The notes under the pieces were generated by a model, which saw only the letters and a list, made by a program, of their open reading frames with translations, did no database searches and was not told the origin of the DNA. Positions 15,300-27,865 of a stretch of DNA of 64,000 bases are shown here, piece by piece; position 1 is the stretch's first letter, and every line of letters starts with the position of its first letter. The position numbers and the translations under genes are program-made. The stretch lies in contig MCFH01000057.1 in assembly GCA_002104945.1 (NCBI GenBank), positions 186,001 through 250,000 of the forward strand. Direction: 5' to 3'. This DNA comes from Piromyces finnis finn. Lineage: Eukaryota > Fungi > Neocallimastigomycota.

Positions 15300-18200
15300 C
15301 TATTGAATAAAATCATAAATCATAGTAATTATTATATCTAATCTCTCTAACGGTACATAATATCCTGAATTTTCAGCAATTTTAATATCACAATTATCCC
15401 ATTCACAGAAATCGTTAACTAGGTTAAAATAATTAATATTATGATTATTTTTAATTCGACATTCATCTCCTTCAACACCTTCAATACACGAATTTTGATT
15501 TATCGTCTGGTCTCCAAGAATAATTTTTATTGGAATATCATAGACTAATTCTTTTAATGAATTTAAGGATTCATTATTTTGATTTAAAAGAGTATTGTAA
15601 TTTTCTATTTCACTATAAACTGTCTTTTTGATTTTTTAATTTTTTTTTTTAAAAAAAAAAAAGAAAATAGTTAATAGCTATATTATTAATTTTTTGTATT
15701 ATTATTATTATTATTATTATTGTTATTATTATTCTAATTATTATTTTAATTATTATTATTATTATTATTATTACTAATATTATTATTTTAATTATTCTAA
15801 TTATTATTACTATTATAATTACTGTTATTTTTTTTTTCAAAAAAAAAAAAAAAAAAAAAGTAAATTATATGTATATATATACTTACTTTAAATAATTTAG
15901 TATTTCTTATTAATTGTTTTTCAATATTATTGGAAAGAATATCCATGGGTAAACCAATATTATTCTCTATTGTTGAAATAGAAAATATATCTTTACTGAT
16001 GGCTGAATTAAAACCACTCCAATATAAAGTATTTTTTAAATTATTAAAATTATAAAATAAATAATTGCTAATATTAAAGTTTGAAGTTACAAAGAATGGT
16101 TCTACAAGTATCATTCCTTTAATCTTATTTTTATTATGGATTGCAAAAGATGTTGATAATAAACTTTTTAATTTTTTTTAATAATAAAATTTAAAAAAGA
16201 TTTAAATATTTTTAATATTTTTAATAATTAAATAAAAAGTAATATGTAATGTGCATATAAAAACAATTTTTTTTTTCTTGACAAGTTATATTTCTTTAAA
16301 AAAAATGATTACAATTTGTAATAAAGAATTACCTTCCATAGGAATGACTAACTAATAAAAAAGGTCCATCTAAATTTGATTGATTTAATAATTCAGTAAG
16401 TTCGTTTATTTCTTGTTCTTGAGTTCTTGGTAGACTACCCATTTCTGACCATCCATATCTATAATAAATAGGTAAATATATTAGAACATAAAAAAAAAAA
16501 AAAAGGAATAAAAAATATATAAAAAATATATAAATTTGTTATATATATATATTATTTTATTCTTACCCAGCTCTATCATAAATACAAGATTTTGTAAAAG
16601 TTGATGTTCTTTGATACGTTTCTTGCCATAATAAATAGGATGAAATAAATAATCCTGATTCAAATAATATCTTTTTTATTTTTTTATATTGAAAAAAATT
16701 TAATATTATATAATAAAATTTGAAGAATAAAAAATTTATAGATACCCACAGTGACTGGACCTTGACCTAAACATTGAATGTGAAGAGAATACTCTTTATC
16801 CTGACTATTTATTTTAGTAATTTGTCCCGGAATAGTATAAAGAATCTTATTATCAAAATAATTTATAATTCCACGGTACACTAATAAAATCAATATACTA
16901 AAATAAACCATTTGACATAAAAACAGGAATAATTTATAAAATAAACTTATTTTGGTTTTTTTTATATTTGATGAAGATGAATTTATAGTAGATGAATGGT
17001 TGTGTATATTATTATTATTATTGTTGTTGTTGTTACCACTATTATTAATGTTATTATTGTTGTTATTCATAGTTTTAATTTTATTATTGTCATTATTGTC
17101 ATTATTGTCATTATTATTATTATTATTATTATCAGTAGTGGTATTATTATCATTATTATTACTACTATTAATATTTCTATCATTAATATTTATTATTGAG
17201 GAATTTGAAACTAAAGATGGTGTTTGAATAGAGGATGATGTTTGTGATGATTTTGTTAGAGGTGAAATAGTAAAAGATAGTGGAGGGATTTTACCTAGTG
17301 GTAAAGAGGATATAGAAAAAGAGGAAGATGTTTCATTTATCATTTTTATATTATGTTGTTCTTTTTGTAGGATATCATTAACAAACCATTCATTTTCTTT
17401 TGACCTATCCGGATTTATATTATTTGTTGGATCAGTATTATTAATTCTTTCGTTTAAAGTAGATGAATCTGTTGTTGTTAAAATTTTATTACCATGTAAT
17501 TTTTGGTTATGGTTATTTAAAGAAGGAGGCAGTGGTGAGGCTGAATGACCAAAAGAATAAAATTGTGTTTCATTATCAACTTTAGTGATGGCCTTATTGT
17601 AATGAACGTATGAATTTATTTCCTTTTTCGGTTCATTGGGTTTTAAATTTTCTTCTTTAGCCATTTTTTTATAATCTTTATCATTATTACTAATGATGTA
17701 ACTGTTGCTATCTTGACTGTAATCATAACTTTTTACAGTTATGTTAGAATGTGTTCCATTTTGAAGAGAATTACTATTCTGTTCTTGTATTTTAATTTCT
17801 AAAGAACCAATTTGTTCAAAACTATTGATTTTTTCTTTATGCTTCATTATTTTATTTAAAAGATAATCTTCTACTTGCTGTATCCAATTATTCATTTTTT
17901 TAACCCATTTACCTCCAGAAAATTCCATTAATATGAAAATAGTATAGGTACATTGGCCCATACCAATAATGAGGTAGAGTAAACGTAAAAAGGAGAAATT
18001 AGAAAGTAATAGGAATAATAAAATTTGAAGAAGAAAGAATTCAAAAATATGTAATCCAATTAAAACTAAAAATATATATTTATTATAAAACTTATTGTTT
18101 AATCTTTGATGTAAAATGATATTAATGCTTTGACACAGAATAATGAGTGAATAATAGGTATTGAATGAATGAAAAGGTTCATTTTTAAGGAGTGATACAA

Positions 18201-18321
18201 CAGCATGGGAACAAAATATTGTAAAATAAATTCCAGTTGTTAAGATTAATAATATGAGTGATGTATTGGAAAATATTTTTTTCCTATTCTTTACGAATTT
18301 ATTTTTATTTTCATTTTCCAT
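15300..18321 (-). CDS. Membrane-anchored alpha/beta-hydrolase-fold protein (N-terminal TM helices, Ser/Asn-rich loop, C-terminal hydrolase domain), 5 exons
   Basis: Exon 1 is most of ORF 16684-18321. Spliced continuation reads HIQCLGQGPVT|ILFESGLF...CIYDRAG|YGWS...GPFLLVSHSYGS|LL...IKGMILVEPF...|...IAENSGYYVPLERLDIIITMIYDFIQ*, the typical abhydrolase motif order. Stop at 15300-15302. Confidence 0.8.
15697..15827. repeat. (ATT)n microsatellite in the last intron of the alpha/beta-hydrolase gene
   Basis: Direct reading; it generates the poly-Ile ORF 15649-15840. Confidence 0.9.
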
Positions 18322-18985
18322 TTTAAAAATCTTTTCAATTTTTTGTATAATATTGTTAAGTTTTATTTTTTTTTAAAATGAATAATTAACCATTAATAAA
18401 TAAAATAAAATTTAAAAAACTATTATATAAAGAAAAAAAAAAGTAATATAACCTATATATATATTACAGGTAATTATAAACTTAATCAGAGTTAAAAAAA
18501 AAAATAACAAAGAAATAAATAATTAAATCAAAAATGTGGATAATTTAAATAATATTAAAATAAAAATAATTATAATTAATATTATGTAACTTTTTTTTTT
18601 TTTCCTTTTCTTTACTTTTTATTTTTCTTAGATACCATCTTCTATATTGGAGAAATTACCAAACTATAAAATAAAAAAAAAAAAAAAACGTTCAGTATAT
18701 AAAAAAGTTTAATGATGAGCGAATAATTTTTAATATTGTTTAACAAAGAAGTATTAATTAATATAATTAATTGAAAGTAAAATAATTATAAAATATAAAA
18801 CCTTTATAAATCGCAATGAAAAGTAAAAAGTAAAATATGGCATATATATATATTTATTACTAACTAACTAAAATGATTAATATTTAAAACTCCTTTTTCT
18901 TTTCTATAAATACTTTTTTTTTATTTTTGATTAAATATAATGAATACAATGTGATTTATTAACAATATTTATATTACAGATATAC

Positions 18986-19024
<39 letters not shown>

Positions 19025-19239
19025 AAAGAAAAAAAACTATTTAATACATTTTTTATAAAATATAAACATTAATTAAATATATATATATATAGTTTGTAGT
19101 TAACATTATTAAATATTACTACAATTTTCATACATTAATTACATAGAGATATTCATATGCTATTTATATTATTTATATTTTAAATAAATAAAAAAAAAAA
19201 AAAAAAGATTTTTTTTTCCTTTTTTTTTTTTTAGTAATA

Positions 19240-22200
19240 TTAATAAATATTTTCATATAAGAAATAAGAAATAATAGTTAGTATGAAAATAAATGTAATA
19301 TTTGAAGTGTATCTTGAATAGGCGAAACTTGGATTACACTTTCCTTTGTTATTTTCATCATCAATACATTCTACATATCCAAGTTGAGAAATTGAACAAA
19401 TTTGTGCATTATCCTCTTCATCTAGGGTAACATAATTATTAATACATACTAAATCAAATTTTGTGGTTTTATCTTCAGAGTTATAGGTACAATTTGTAAA
19501 TATACCAGGAATAACTGTTAAATAATTTTTCACTTTACTATTGATAATTGCGGTAGAGTTATTGTTTTTAGCAATTTTTCTAATGGCATTATTTATCTCT
19601 TGTGGATATTCTGAATTCATTGCTGTTGGGAAATTAACCGTTATTTTTTCATTGTAATGACAATATTTTGCCGATATATAATTATATATGGATCCGGATT
19701 CACAACGATAATACGTACCATCAATATAGTAATATTGTCCTGTAGAACAATTTTGTTTGACACATGTTGTTTTTTCTAGTCCTTCTGAGTCGTATAAACA
19801 ATAATAAATTTCACCATGATTGGTAAAGTAATATCCATTATCTGATATCTTTTCACATCCATTATTTTCATCACAATCGTACATTTCATTATCCACTGTG
19901 TAATAATAGCCACTCACAGCTTTTCCTTCAAGCGTCACCTTATTCATCGTCGTACTAAATTTATAGACATAGAGGTCATTTGGCATGGTACTAGCAAAGA
20001 CATATCCAGAGGTTTGAGGGGTGGTCCACTCTCCATGGGCATACTTATACAAGTGTCGACTTGAATAATCGTAATAATAAATATCTTCGAGGGGTTGATA
20101 TTCTTTACATTGAGATTTTTTACAACCATAAATTTTAATTTTATTGTTTTTGTTATTGTAATCTTTATAGGTAGCGGTGCTATTGGTTGCTAAACTTACA
20201 ATATAATATCCGGTGGCATCCACGATCTGAGCAGCGTTAGAATTCATTTCATATAAATGCTGAGAATAGCCAAAAGTATTGGAAATAATATTATTACTTT
20301 TAAAGCAATCCCCGGTTTCCCGAGATTTTATATTCTCTCCGGCTAAAACTAACTCCCCTTTGTAGGTAATACAAAATTCTTTATCATTTAAATCGGCATT
20401 AGGGGTACACTTGTTATTTTCATAGATACATGTGATATCTTTTTCGTATGGGAAAACATAGGTATCACTATCGACATTATATTGAATAATTTTTTTATTG
20501 ACATCGGTATAATACGTTGTACTTTCGGGTTTATCCATTTGGAGACAGGCGTTATCATTGCATTTAAATACTTTAACATCCGGATGATTATACTCTTCTA
20601 TCGTCTTACCACTAACTAGACTGTTCGTTTTCACATTAATGAAATAATATCCTGAATTTGTTTCTTGTAAAATACAACCATCATCTATACGGAATATGTT
20701 ATTATTAATAACATAATAGTTAGAGGAATAACCACCAGAGATATCTAAACAATTAGTGGTGGTAGTGGTGGTGGCATATATGGAGGATATACCGTCAATA
20801 ACGTCTGAATCAATAACAATAGTGTCGGTAGCAAAATAAATAATAGAATGATCCAAGTTTGTACAATAACCTCCAGCAGATACTGAATTTACCGTATTGA
20901 TATTTGATGGAGAATATTTAGTGGTGATGTAACATTTATTTTTATCAAAGGTACAAATAGGTACGGCTGCTAATTCTACGGCACTTAATTGAGAACATCC
21001 GGTAATGGAACAAGTAATAATATTATAAACGACCTTTGTATTTCTTTTATAATTAGTGGTGGTGGTAATGGTTGTTGCTGAATGAAATATTCCATTATAC
21101 GTTTTAAAGGTGACACATTTTCTACCCATACAATTTATCAAAACATTACTTATATTTGAGATGTAATATCCTTTTTCAGCATTTATTTTCTCACAAGATA
21201 CCGTTACTTTTGCCTTACATTCAATGATTTTTTTAGCCTCTTCATTACCATATTCGGATGTGTAATAGAAACCGGCGGAGGCTTTTATTGTTGAACATGA
21301 GCTAACATTTTCACAATAAATTAATTCCTCAGGATTTCCAGAAATAAAGTACCCAATAGTGGTTGCTACGCTTTGACATGCTCCATTTTGACATCTAATC
21401 AATGCTTTTCTACTTTTATCAATGCCAGAATTAATGTAGTAGGATTCGCTTAATGGTTTTTTTAGTTCACATTCATTGGTTGATTTACAATAAATACATC
21501 CATTATTGATGGTGTTACTATAGGTATCTGAACCTCCGGCAATATAATAACCAGAGGAATCTACTTTTTCAGCTATACTACATCCATAGGTACTACAATA
21601 AATTAAGAAATCTGCCAAGGATTCATTGGACGATCCATTAGACAATGATTCCGTTGAAGACGATGACGGATAACGACTACCACCATTAATATAATAATTC
21701 AGAGGTTCTGTTATGGAAATACAGTTATTTTTATTGATACAATAGATAAGATGATGATACATGCCATTCATATTTAAACTTGCTGCATCCAAATAATAAC
21801 CAGAGTCAATAACGTCTAACTTATCTCCTTCACATTTAAAACCTGTTCTATTGATCATGTCCAAGTAATAACTTTTCGTTTTACATGAATTTTTTTTTTC
21901 ACAAATCATTTTAGTTTTGTTACATTCGTAAAAGGAAGTTTCATTGGAAAGAGAAGTTGAATTCAAATTCAGGATATGACTATTATCATTAACAGAGAGG
22001 ATACCATCACGAACTACTCTTGTAATCGAAACAGGTGATACTCTAAAGAGGGTTTTTATTACTGATGCCGAGGTAATACTAGGGAATTTTGAATTTCTTT
22101 CTATTTCTAAATAATAGAAAAGATCATCCCCGGTAGAATAAAGATGATCATGATCATGTTCATTTTCATTGTAATCACCAACCATTATAATATAATTATT

Positions 22201-23487
22201 ATTGGTATAGCATGTACCAGGGATGTTAAATGATGTTATGGAAGAAATGGGTATTGAATTACATGTATCCTTACAACTAAAAATAGAATGGTCGGAATCA
22301 CTGGCATCCATATAATAACCGGGTTCATCAATCGATTTTGTTAAACAATGGGTACTTGAACTACAATAAATAAGAGGATTTACCCTGAAATCTGAACCAG
22401 AATTTTTATAGAAACCTTTATCCACTTGAGTTATTTGACTACACGTATTATTATTACAAAAAATTAAAATAGTATCCGTTTTTTTTAGGCCAACATAGTA
22501 TTGTTGATCTCCTGGTTTAATGGAGGAACAACTGGAATTTATACAATAGATTAATAAATCTTGTTGTTGCTGTTGTCCACCGGCATTTAAATAATAATTA
22601 TTTCCTTGATTTGATATTGGAGTACAAATGGTATCATCACAATAAATTAAAGGAGATGATGATTTATCTGGACCCGAGTTGATGTAATATTGCATATTAC
22701 TGGATGCTTTTCGTTGACACTTTGTTATTTTTCTACCTCCTGAATGACTAACACTACTGGAATCTACTTCTTGTAAACATTGAATAACATTTTTTTTATT
22801 TTCACTGTCGATGTAAAATCCATTGGGATAGGTAGAAACACTACAAAAATCTTTACATAGTATGATGGAGGATTCATTAAGATAGTAAACGGCATGTTTT
22901 ATTGCCTCGAATTTCTTATACTCAAGAATATCACGTGAATTTTTTTCAGCATAAATATAATATTTTGGATTGACGATACTGTAATAATAAAGATTTTCAT
23001 TTGTAATACGATCACACGAATTATCTTGATAACATTTAAATCCTGCTAGAATGGCGGTATCAGTTTTGTTCAATAAATTATACCTCTCACTAATAAAAAT
23101 ATTGTTATTAGAAAAGTTTTGAAGAGTACAGGTAAAGAGGTTATTTTCATCCGGTTGATGAGATTCATTATTTACTTTATAAAAGTTTTTTGTAGCACTA
23201 CTGTAACATAAAAAATTTTCATCAAGATCATCAACCGTTCTATCAAGTTGACATTTGTTGGAACTATAGGTACATTGAATAATATCATTATCAGCAATTA
23301 CTTTTTTAAAGACTATTAAATTTAAAAAAATTAATCTTTTATATAAATGATAAACGAAAAATAAGTAAATATTTATAAATTTTGATATATATATATATAT
23401 ATATATTTTTAAAATATTTTTATATAATTTATATGTAATTTATATATTTTTATAATTATACATTTTTAGATAGTTTTTTATCTCCAT
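19240..23487 (-). CDS. Anaerobic-fungal scaffoldin-family Cys-rich repeat protein, about 1373 aa, 2 exons (23487-23462, 23335-19240)
   Basis: The frame of ORF 19240-23073 stays open to 23335. A 26-nt first exon supplies signal peptide MEIKNYLKILIFLNLIVFKKVIA. Roughly 20 repeats of G-[YF]-[YF]...LIxC-x4-7-C, the motif described for fungal cellulosome scaffoldins, and a C-terminal KCNPSFA plus hydrophobic tail (membrane/GPI anchor). Confidence 0.85.
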
Positions 23488-25810
23488 TTTTATTTTTCTT
23501 TTTTCAAAAAAATGAAAAAAAAAATATTATATACACCTATTAATATAACTCTTTTTTTATTACTTTGGATAAGAATCAATATAATATAATTAAATTGTTT
23601 AAAATAAAAAGATGTAATGTTTTTTAATGAACAATAATTCTATAATTATAAATTATATACAATTAATTATATACAATATCTAAAATTTACTTTAAAAAAA
23701 AAAAAAAGAAGAAATTTTTACAAATAAATTTTATGCTATTTATAAAAAAAATTGTTTTATAATAATATTATTATCCTATATATATATTACTATCAATTTA
23801 AAATAAAGACTTTTTTTTTTTGGATTTTTGAAATTTTATCATCAATGTAACATTTCTTATAATGCTTTTTTTTTTTTTTAAATGTCAACCAACGATTAAA
23901 AAAATATTATAATATATATATTTTTTAAACTTTTTTTTTTTCTTTATTTCTTATAAAATTAATAAAATTATTAAAACCAATAATAATCAAATTTATTTTT
24001 AAAATGGCACAGAAAATTTTGTTTTTTTTTTATTTTTTTCAAAAACTTTTAACCATCATAGTAAAAATGTATTATCCAAATATTTTATTTTTAATTTGTC
24101 AAAAAGAGAAAAACAATTTAATAAATTCATCATGTATAATCCATATTGAATGATTTAAAATAGTAATTCTTTTTTAAATAACTATCACTAACATTTATTT
24201 ATTTATTTATTTTTAAGTAAGTAATAATAATGTAAATACTATTTACTTTTAGAATAAATTTTTATAGTCATAGTATATTGATAGATAGATAATAACTTTA
24301 ATAAAGGGTTATAGGAAAGAATGAATGAGTGAATGAACCATTATATCTTTTTTAAATTATTATAAAGATTAGACATAAATTAAATTTGTTTCCCTTTTTG
24401 TTTTTTTATTAATTAGTTTTTTTCATTTTATTATTTAATAAAATTTCTAAAAAAAAATATTTATTATGGAGATAAAATTATCATGAAGAATAAATGTATT
24501 AGAGACATACATAATAATAATAAACATTTTCTAATATTTTTATAAAAATAAAAATATATAATTAAAAATAAATATGTATTTAATAATTAATTAATAATCC
24601 ATTGTGATGACATTTCTTTTTTTTTTTTTTATAATTTTAATTTGATATTTATTATTAAAACTACAATTATTAGCTTATAAAGATTTTAATAGATTGATCA
24701 CATTATAATTCAAGTCATTTTAAATCATAATATTGAACAAATTAGAAAAAAAAATAATATATAAAGTTTCTGTTTTTCTATATGTGATTTCTTTTATTTT
24801 ATTTAAACTATTATAATAGAAAAGAAAAAAAAAAAAAAACATAAAGTTAATAATATTATAAAAATCTTTGTGGTATAAACTTTTTCATTTGGTGGATGAA
24901 TTATTTAATATTATTTAAAAAGTTTTTTTTTTTTTTTAATAATTTTAATTTATATCTATAAAATTCTTTTTTACAGTTGTATCATTAAAATAACTAAAAA
25001 AAAAAAAAAACAAATTAAAAAGAATTAATATAGATATTAAAAAGGAAAAAGAAAAAAAAAAGATATAATTTAATATTTAATAGAAAGATAATATTTATTA
25101 TGAATTTTTAAATATATAAAATAACTTTCTTGAAAACTTTTATATATGGCTAATAATATTTATTATTTATAAATGATTATTTTTTAAATATATAGAAAAA
25201 ATAATGTAAAAATAAAATAATAATCAGTGATAATTCTGTGAATTAACATATAGAATAAATGTAAAACCGTTTGAAATAAAATTAGAGAATTCTTAAAACA
25301 TGTATAATTCATTTTAAATAATATTGTAAATAGTAAATTTATATTTATATATTTTATATATGCTGTTGTTGTTGTTGTTATTGTTGTTATTTTTAAAAAG
25401 ACATTGAAATTCCTTTTATAAAAATAAACATTTAAAAAAATTTTTTTTTATTGTATATCAATACTAAAAAAAAAGAGAATACCTTTATATAAGACATTAT
25501 TTATTAAGGTTCATAAATGTCATTAAATGAATAATAATTAAACCATTAAACTCTTTTTAATTTACTTTTTATAATTTTAAATAATATTTTATTTTATATT
25601 ATTATTTTAGTTAATTCTATATAATAAAGAATTCAAAGAATTCTTTTTTAAAAATTAAATATAAGACATTTTTTCTTATTTAATACTGTGATCATTTTAC
25701 ATTATTAATATATATATATATATATTTAAAAAAAGGAAATAGAAAATATATATTTTTCTTTAATTTTTTTTTTCTTTTTTATTTAAAATTTAAATTTTAA
25801 AATACAAAAT

Positions 25811-27150
25811 ATGAAACTATTTAATATTTCAAAGATAATTTTAATTTTTATTGCTAGTTTTATTGGTATCATTAAAGCTAGTTTTCTTACTCAGCAAATT
25901 GAAGAATTGAAAAAGGTTAAAGAGGATCTTGATGAATATAATAATGCAAATTGTATTTCGTAAGTTTTTTTATTTTTAAATATTGTATTTAAATTTATTA
26001 AAAAAAAAAAAAAAAAAAATGATAAATATATATATGTGTTATTAAATATTTGAAAGTTCATAAAGTAAGAATAATAAAAAATTAACCCATTACTAACTTA
26101 AATATTTATATGTATCAGTCGTAATATCAGTTTCAATAATAAAAGTCAACTAGATGTTTACTTTGATCCCGAAACTATGGAACAAAAGAAACCAGTTGTT
26201 ATAAATATTCATGGTGGTTCCTGGTATAATAATGATAAAATGAATAGTGTTTCAACTGGTTTATTACTCCATGAAAATGATTTTGTTGCTGTTATTCCAA
26301 ATTATGTTCTTTTCCCATATGGTCAAGTTGAAGATATGATAAATGATGTTTATACTTCTATTAAGTGGACATTTGATAATATTGATAAATTTGGTGGAGA
26401 TACTAATAATATTACTGTTGTTGCTCATTCTTCTGGTGCTCACCTTTTAGCTCTAACTCTTATTAAAGCTGCTCTTTCAAGAAAGAATGGTAATACTACA
26501 TTAGTTCCACTTCCAGATATTAAACGTGTTGTCTTGTAAGTTTTTTTTTTTTAATTTTATATTTAATTTGATAGACTATTAAGGTAGAAAAAAAAAAGAT
26601 AAATTTTTATTAATTAATTGTTTTATATATAGAATGAATGGTCCATATGAATTTGATGAAGCAATGTTAAAAAATATTAATAAAGAAGAAAATGAAGATA
26701 ATGAAGATAATCTTTTCAAAGAAATTTGTAAGTTATTTAAATGCTAATTAAATGTTTTTTATAATAATTAAAATAAACCAATTTTTTTTTTGATATAATA
26801 ATATTTGATATATAATCTTTTTATTTTTTATTTAAAAAAAAAAATTTCAAATAGCTTTAGCTATTCTTGGAAGTAATGATAGTTGTCCAATTGATATTTT
26901 AAAGGAATACGATGACAATACTATTACTACTTTTGGTGTTGAAAAATTCAATATTGTATATGCCTCTGGTGATAATGTAGTTTCTGAAACATCTGCCAAT
27001 AGTTTAATGGCTCAAATGAAACGTACTTGTCCATCTACCGATATTCAATACTTTTATCTTGAAGGTATTGGTCATGATGGAATTGTTAATGGTATAAGAG
27101 AAAAAGATGAAGAAATACAAACATCTTTCCTATTATTAATTCAAAATTAA
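25811..27150 (+). CDS. Secreted alpha/beta-hydrolase, carboxylesterase/HSL (BD-FAE/ICME-like), 4 exons (25811-25959, 26119-26535, 26633-26727, about 26855-27150)
   Basis: Signal peptide MKLFNISKIILIFIASFIGIIKA; QLDVY; PVVINIHGGSW oxyanion motif; nucleophile elbow AHSSG; candidate Asp in ASGDNVV and His in GIGHDG; consistent splice phases. Confidence 0.9.
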
Positions 27151-27703
27151 GCTTTTATTGTTCTTTAGCAGTAACTTGTTTTAAAGTATATTTAAGTATA
27201 ATATGAAAATATAATCAACTAAAAATAAGGAAAAAATGAATATTTTCATATTTTTTTTTTACTTTTATTTTTTTTATCAAATTAGAAGAATTAAATATTA
27301 TTTTATTACTATTCAAATAAAATTATATATAATAATAACTTTTTAATAGCAAAGAAAATATAATAAATAAAGCCTATTTATTAAAAAAAATAATAAAATG
27401 ATTTAGTAATGTATAAAATTATTATTTTTTTTATAATATATATATAAATATATATGTTTTTAATTATTGCAAAATACTTTTGTTGTTTATACAATTACAA
27501 ATTAAATTAACTATCCAAAAAAAAAAGAGTTAAAAATGATATGTCTACTAAGATTAATAAGATAGATTTAACTATTTCTATTTAATTTTTATTAAAAAAA
27601 ATATAGTACAAGTTTAAATACATTTATTTCAGAATATTATTATTTAAAACATAATTACTTTTATAAAGTAAAAACATTATTAATTGAATATTTTTGTATA
27701 ACA

Positions 27704-27865
27704 TGCGTCAATGCTGAAGAAACAGTAAGAAAGGCCAGGAGGGCCAGCGCAACCAATGGAGATCATGATTTTGTCCCATGACAAAATTTTGATCTTTGGC
27801 TCGGTGTCCCATTGAAAGTCAAATACAATTATTATACTTTGGTATCATAGTGGCTTTCTTACTTT
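27704..27865. ncRNA. Candidate structured non-coding RNA or foldback element (unidentified)
   Basis: GC-elevated intergenic island with nested complementary segments: 27724-27733 with 27854-27863 (10 bp perfect), 27760-27765 with 27790-27795, 27768-27775 with 27780-27787. No convincing ORF. Confidence 0.3.

Noticed and set aside
16952-17227. Leu- and Ile-rich plus-strand ORFs
   Set aside because: Antisense shadows of the Asn-rich loop of the hydrolase-fold gene.
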